From: Mobula hypostoma
Lineage: Eukaryota
NCBI RefSeq assembly: GCF_963921235.1
Contig: NC_086097.1
Span: forward strand, 232,254,001 to 232,318,000
Direction: 5' to 3'
Length of the DNA: 64,000 nucleotides
In this document: positions 60,197 through 64,000 of the stretch, piece by piece
Numbering within the stretch: the first letter of the stretch is position 1
Layout: every line of letters begins with the position of its first letter
Made by a program: the position numbers and the translations under genes
The notes under the pieces: generated by a model
Seen by the model: only the letters and a program-made list of their open reading frames with translations
What the model was told of the DNA's origin: nothing
Database searches by the model: none

Positions 60197-63091
60197 ATGT
60201 GTCAATGCAAGGAGCATTCGTAATAAGGTGGATGAATTGAAAGTGCAGATTGTTATTAATGATTATGATATAGTTGGGATCACAGAGACATGGCTCCAGG
60301 GTGACCAGGGATGGGAGCTCAACGTTCAGGGATATTCAATATTCAGGAGGGATAGACATGAAGGAAGGGGAGGTGGGGTGGCGTTGCTGGTTAAAGAAGA
60401 GATTAACGCAATAGAAAGGAAGGACATAAGCCGGGAAGATGTGGAATCGATATGGGTAGAGCTGCGTAACACCAAGGGGCAGAAGACGCTGGTGGGAGTT
60501 GTGTACAGGCCACCTAACAGTAGTGGTGAGGTCAGAGATGGTATTAAACAGGAAATTAGAAATGTGTGCAATAAAGGAACAGCAGTTATAATGGGTGACT
60601 TCAATCTACATGTAGACTGGGTGAACCAAATTGGTAAAGGTGCTGAGGAAGAGGATTTCTTGGAATGTATGCGGGATGGTTTTTTGAACCAACATGTCGA
60701 GGAACCGACTAGAGAGCAGGCTATTCTGGACTGGGTTTTGAGCAATGAGGAAGGGTTAATTAGCGATCTTGTCGTGAGAGGCCCCTTGGGTAAGAGTGAC
60801 CATAATATGGTGGAATTCTTCATTAAGATGGAGAGTGACATAGCTAATTCAGAAACAAAGGTTCTGAACTTAAAGAGGGGTAACTTTGAAGGTATGAGAT
60901 GTGAATTAGCTAAGATAGACTGGCAAATGACACTTAAAGGATTGACGGTGGATATGCAATGGCAAGAATTTAAAGGTTGCATGGATGAACTACAACAATT
61001 GTTCATCCCAGTTTGGCAAAAGAATAAATCAAGGAAGGTAGTGCACCTGTGGCTGACAAGAGAAATTAGGGATAGTATCAATTCCAAAGAAGAAGCATAC
61101 AAATTAGCCAGAGAAAGTGGCTCACCTGAGGACTGGGAGAAATTCAGAGTTCAGCAGAGGAGGACAAAGGGCTTAATTAAGAAGGGGAAAAAAGATTATG
61201 AGAGAAAACTGGCAGGGAACATAAAAACGAACTGTAAAAGCTTTTATAGATATGTAAAAAGGAAAAGACTGGTAAAGACAAATGTAGGTCCCCTGCAGAC
61301 AGAAACAGGTGAATTGATTATGGGGAGCAAGGACATGGCAGACCAATTGAATAATTACTTTGGTTCTGTCTTCACTAAGGAGGACATAAATAATCTTCCA
61401 GAAATAGTAAGGGACAGAGGGTCCAGTGGGATGGAGGAACTGAGCGAAATACATGTTAGTAGGGAAGTGGTGTTAGGTAAATTGAAGGGATTGAAGGCAG
61501 ATAAATCCCCAGGGCCAGATGGTCTGCATCCTAGAGTGCTTAAAGAAGTAGCCCAAGAAATAGTGGATGCATTAGTGATAATTTTTCAAAACTCGTTAGA
61601 TTCTGGACTAGTTCCTGAGGATTGGAGGGTGGCTAATGTAACCCCACTTTTTAAAAAAGGAGGGAGAGAGAAACCGGGGAATTATAGACCGGTTAGCCTA
61701 ACGTCGGTGGTGGGGAAACAGCTGGAGTCAGTTATCAAGGATGTGATAACAGCACATTTGGAAAGCGGTGAAATGATCGGACAAAGTCAGCATGGATTTG
61801 TGAAAGGAAAATCATGTCTGACGAATCTCATAGAATTTTTTGAGGATGTAACTAGTAGAGTGGATAGGGGAGAACCAGTGGATGTGGTATATTTGGATTT
61901 TCAAAAGACTTTTGACAAGGTCCCACACAGGAAATTAGTGTGCAAACTTGAAGCACACGGTATTGGGGGTAAGGTATTGGTGTGGGTGGAGAATTGGTTA
62001 GCAGACAGGAAGCAAAGAGTGGGAATAAACGGGACCTTTTCAGAATGGCAGGCGGTGACTAGTGGGGTACCACAAGGCTCAGTGCTGGGACCCCAGTTGT
62101 TTACAATATATATTAATGACTTGGATGAGGGAATTAAATGCAGCATCTCCAAGTTTGCGGATGACACGAAGCTGGGTGGCAGTGTTAGCAGTGAGGAGGA
62201 TGCTGAGAGGATGCAGGGTGACTTGGATAGGTTGGGTGAGTGGGCAAATTCATGGCAGATGCAATTTAATGTGGATAAATGTGAAGTTATCCACTTTGGT
62301 GGCAAAAATAGGAAAACAGATTATTATCTGAATGGTGGCCGATTAGGAAAAGGGGAGGTGCAACGAGACCTGGGTGTCATTATACACCAGTCATTGAAAG
62401 TGGGCATGCAGGTACAGCAGGCGGTGAAAAAGGCGAATGGTATGCTGGCATTTATAGCGAGAGGATTCGAGTACAGGAGCAGGGAGGTACTACTGCAGTT
62501 GTACAAGGCCTTGGTGAGACCACACCTGGAGTATTGCGTGCAGTTTTGGTCCCCTAATCTGAGGAAAGACATCTTTGCCATAGAGGGAGTACAAAGAAGG
62601 TTCACCAGATTGATTCCTGGGATGGTGGGACTTTCATATGAAGAAAGACTGGATGAATTGGGTTTGTACTCGTTGGAATTTAGAAGATTGAGGGGGGATC
62701 TGATTGAAACGTATAAGATCCTAAAGGGATTGGACAGGCTAGATGCAGGAAGATTGTTCCCGATGTTGGGGAAGTCCAGAACGAGGGGTCACAGTTTGAG
62801 GATAGCGGGGAAGCCTTTTAGGACCGAGATTAGGAAAAACTTCTTCACACAGAGAGTGGTGAATCTGTGGAATTCTCTGCCACAGGAAACTGTTGAGGCC
62901 AGTTCATTGGCTATATTTAAGAGGGAGTTAGATATGGCCCTTGTGGCTACAGGGGTCAGGGGGTATGGAGGGAAGGCTGGGGCGGGGTTCTGAGTTGGAT
63001 GATCAGCCATGATCATAATAAATGGCGGTGCAGGCTCGAAGGGCCGAATGGCCTACTCCTGCACCTATTTTCTATGTTTCTATGTTTCTAT
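60197..63091 (+). mobile_element. Young CR1 LINE truncated at the start of ORF2
   Basis: Uninterrupted ORF2, 3' UTR and (TTTCTATG)n tail; no ORF1 or 5' UTR. Confidence 0.96.
60198..62993 (+). CDS. CR1 ORF2: APE endonuclease + reverse transcriptase (~931 aa open frame, native start missing)
   Basis: NARSI, ITETW, YRPP, GDFN, SDH; NYRPVSL, YLDFQK, GVPQGSVLGP, FADD; no stops. Confidence 0.93.
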   Translation, partial: CVNARSIRNKVDELKVQIVINDYDIVGITETWLQGDQGWELNVQGYSIFRRDRHEGRGGGVALLVKEEINAIERKDISREDVESIWVELRNTKGQKTLVGVVYRPPNSSGEVRDGIKQEIRNVCNKGTAVIMGDFNLHVDWVNQIGKGAEEEDFLECMRDGFLNQHVEEPTREQAILDWVLSNEEGLISDLVVRGPLGKSDHNMVEFFIKMESDIANSETKVLNLKRGNFEGMRCELAKIDWQMTLKGLTVDMQWQEFKGCMDELQQLFIPVWQKNKSRKVVHLWLTREIRDSINSKEEAYKLARESGSPEDWEKFRVQQRRTKGLIKKGKKDYERKLAGNIKTNCKSFYRYVKRKRLVKTNVGPLQTETGELIMGSKDMADQLNNYFGSVFTKEDINNLPEIVRDRGSSGMEELSEIHVSREVVLGKLKGLKADKSPGPDGLHPRVLKEVAQEIVDALVIIFQNSLDSGLVPEDWRVANVTPLFKKGGREKPGNYRPVSLTSVVGKQLESVIKDVITAHLESGEMIGQSQHGFVKGKSCLTNLIEFFEDVTSRVDRGEPVDVVYLDFQKTFDKVPHRKLVCKLEAHGIGGKVLVWVENWLADRKQRVGINGTFSEWQAVTSGVPQGSVLGPQLFTIYINDLDEGIKCSISKFADDTKLGGSVSSEEDAERMQGDLDRLGEWANSWQMQFNVDKCEVIHFGGKNRKTDYYLNGGRLGKGEVQRDLGVIIHQSLKVGMQVQQAVKKANGMLAFIARGFEYRSREVLLQLYKALVRPHLEYCVQFWSPNLRKDIFAIEGVQRRFTRLIPGMVGLSYEERLDELGLYSLEFRRLRGDLIETYKILKGLDRLDAGRLFPMLGKSRTRGHSLRIAGKPFRTEIRKNFFTQRVVNLWNSLPQETVEASSLAIFKRELDMALVATGVRGYGGKAGAGF

Positions 63092-64000
63092 ATACGAGGA
63101 GTAAAAATCTTTACGTTATGTCTCTGTCTAAATGTGCAATGTGCAATCATAAGTAATTTATAATAATTTATAATAAATAGAACAGTAAATGTGACGTAGA
63201 AATACACTCAAATCAGCGTGAGTTAATCAGTCTGCTGGCCTGGTGGAAGAAACTGTCCTGGAGCCTGTGGGTCCCGGCTTTTATGCTGTGGTACCATTTC
63301 CTGGATGGTGGCAGTTGGAACAGTTTGTGGTTGGGGTGACTCGGGTCCCCAGTGATCTTTCAGGCCATTTTTTCACACCTGTCTTTGTAAATGTCCTGAA
63401 TCATGGGAAGTTCACAACTACAGATGCGCTGGGCTGTCCACACCACTCTCTGCAGAGTCCTGCGATTAAGGGACATACAGTTCTCATACCAGGCAGTGAT
63501 GCAGCCAGTCAGGATGCTCTCAATAGTGCCCCTGTAGAAAGTTCTTAGGATTTGGGGGCCCATACCAAACTCCCTCAACTGTCTGAGGTGAAAGAGGCGC
63601 TGTTGTGCCTTTTTCACCACACAGCTGGTGTGTACAGACCACGTGAGGTCCTCAGTGATGTGGATGCCGAGGAACTTGAAGCTGTTTACCCTCTCAAGCC
63701 CAGATCCATTAATGTCAATAGGGGTTAGCCTGTCTCCACTCCTCCTGTAATCCATGACCAGCTCCTCTGTTTTTGCGACATTGAGGGAGAGGTTGTTTTC
63801 TTGACACCACTGTGTCAGAGAGATGACTTCTTCCCTGTAGGCCACCTCGTAATTGTTTGAGATAAAGCCAATCAATGTTGTGTTGTTGGCAAATTAAATT
63901 AGCAGATTAGAGCTGTAGAGAATAGAGCTTTATTCTCTAGAATGTGGAAGATTGAGGGGAGACTTGATAGTGGTATATTGAGGGCTAGATATACAGTAAA

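Larger units (their letters stand above)
60161..63915 (-). mobile_element. Rex1/Babar-type LINE inserted in the old CR1 and split by a young CR1
   Basis: Tail GAATTGAATTGACTTTATT at 60161; body 63092-63915 with SLNVAKTEELVMD and KKAQQRLFHLRQL. Confidence 0.85.

Noticed and set aside
60326..62605. Long antisense ORFs over CR1 and similar ones over Rex elements
   Set aside because: Shadow ORFs of the LINE coding strand

Overview
Eukaryotic (vertebrate) genomic DNA, very repeat-dense, with no complete host gene, rRNA, tRNA or CRISPR array. The repeat repertoire suggests a cartilaginous fish such as a ray or shark (inference from family signatures, not a database match). Most of the window is a nested mosaic of CR1 LINEs, Rex1/Babar-type LINEs, L2 and RTE derivatives, tRNA-derived SINEs, a dead chromodomain-bearing Ty3/Gypsy element, solo LTRs, DNA-transposon MITEs and two lineages of Penelope-like elements (PLEs). 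One CR1 copy (60198-62993) has an uninterrupted ~931-aa ORF2. The most notable signals not shown by the ORF track are: (1) minimal hammerhead ribozyme (HHR) motifs in the PLE termini, one with an intact core and stems at 44794-44831 and about ten related copies, including a 127-bp solo insertion with an 11-bp target-site duplication (TSD) and fold-back pairs; (2) two copies of a composite element made of tiny Tc1-type MITEs flanking a captured LINE tail; (3) a phase-compatible chain of small minus-strand candidate exons, suggesting the window is mostly intronic in an unidentified gene. HHRs in PLEs are known in general, so novelty here would be at the family or lineage level. Boundaries of old repeats are approximate because they were read by eye.
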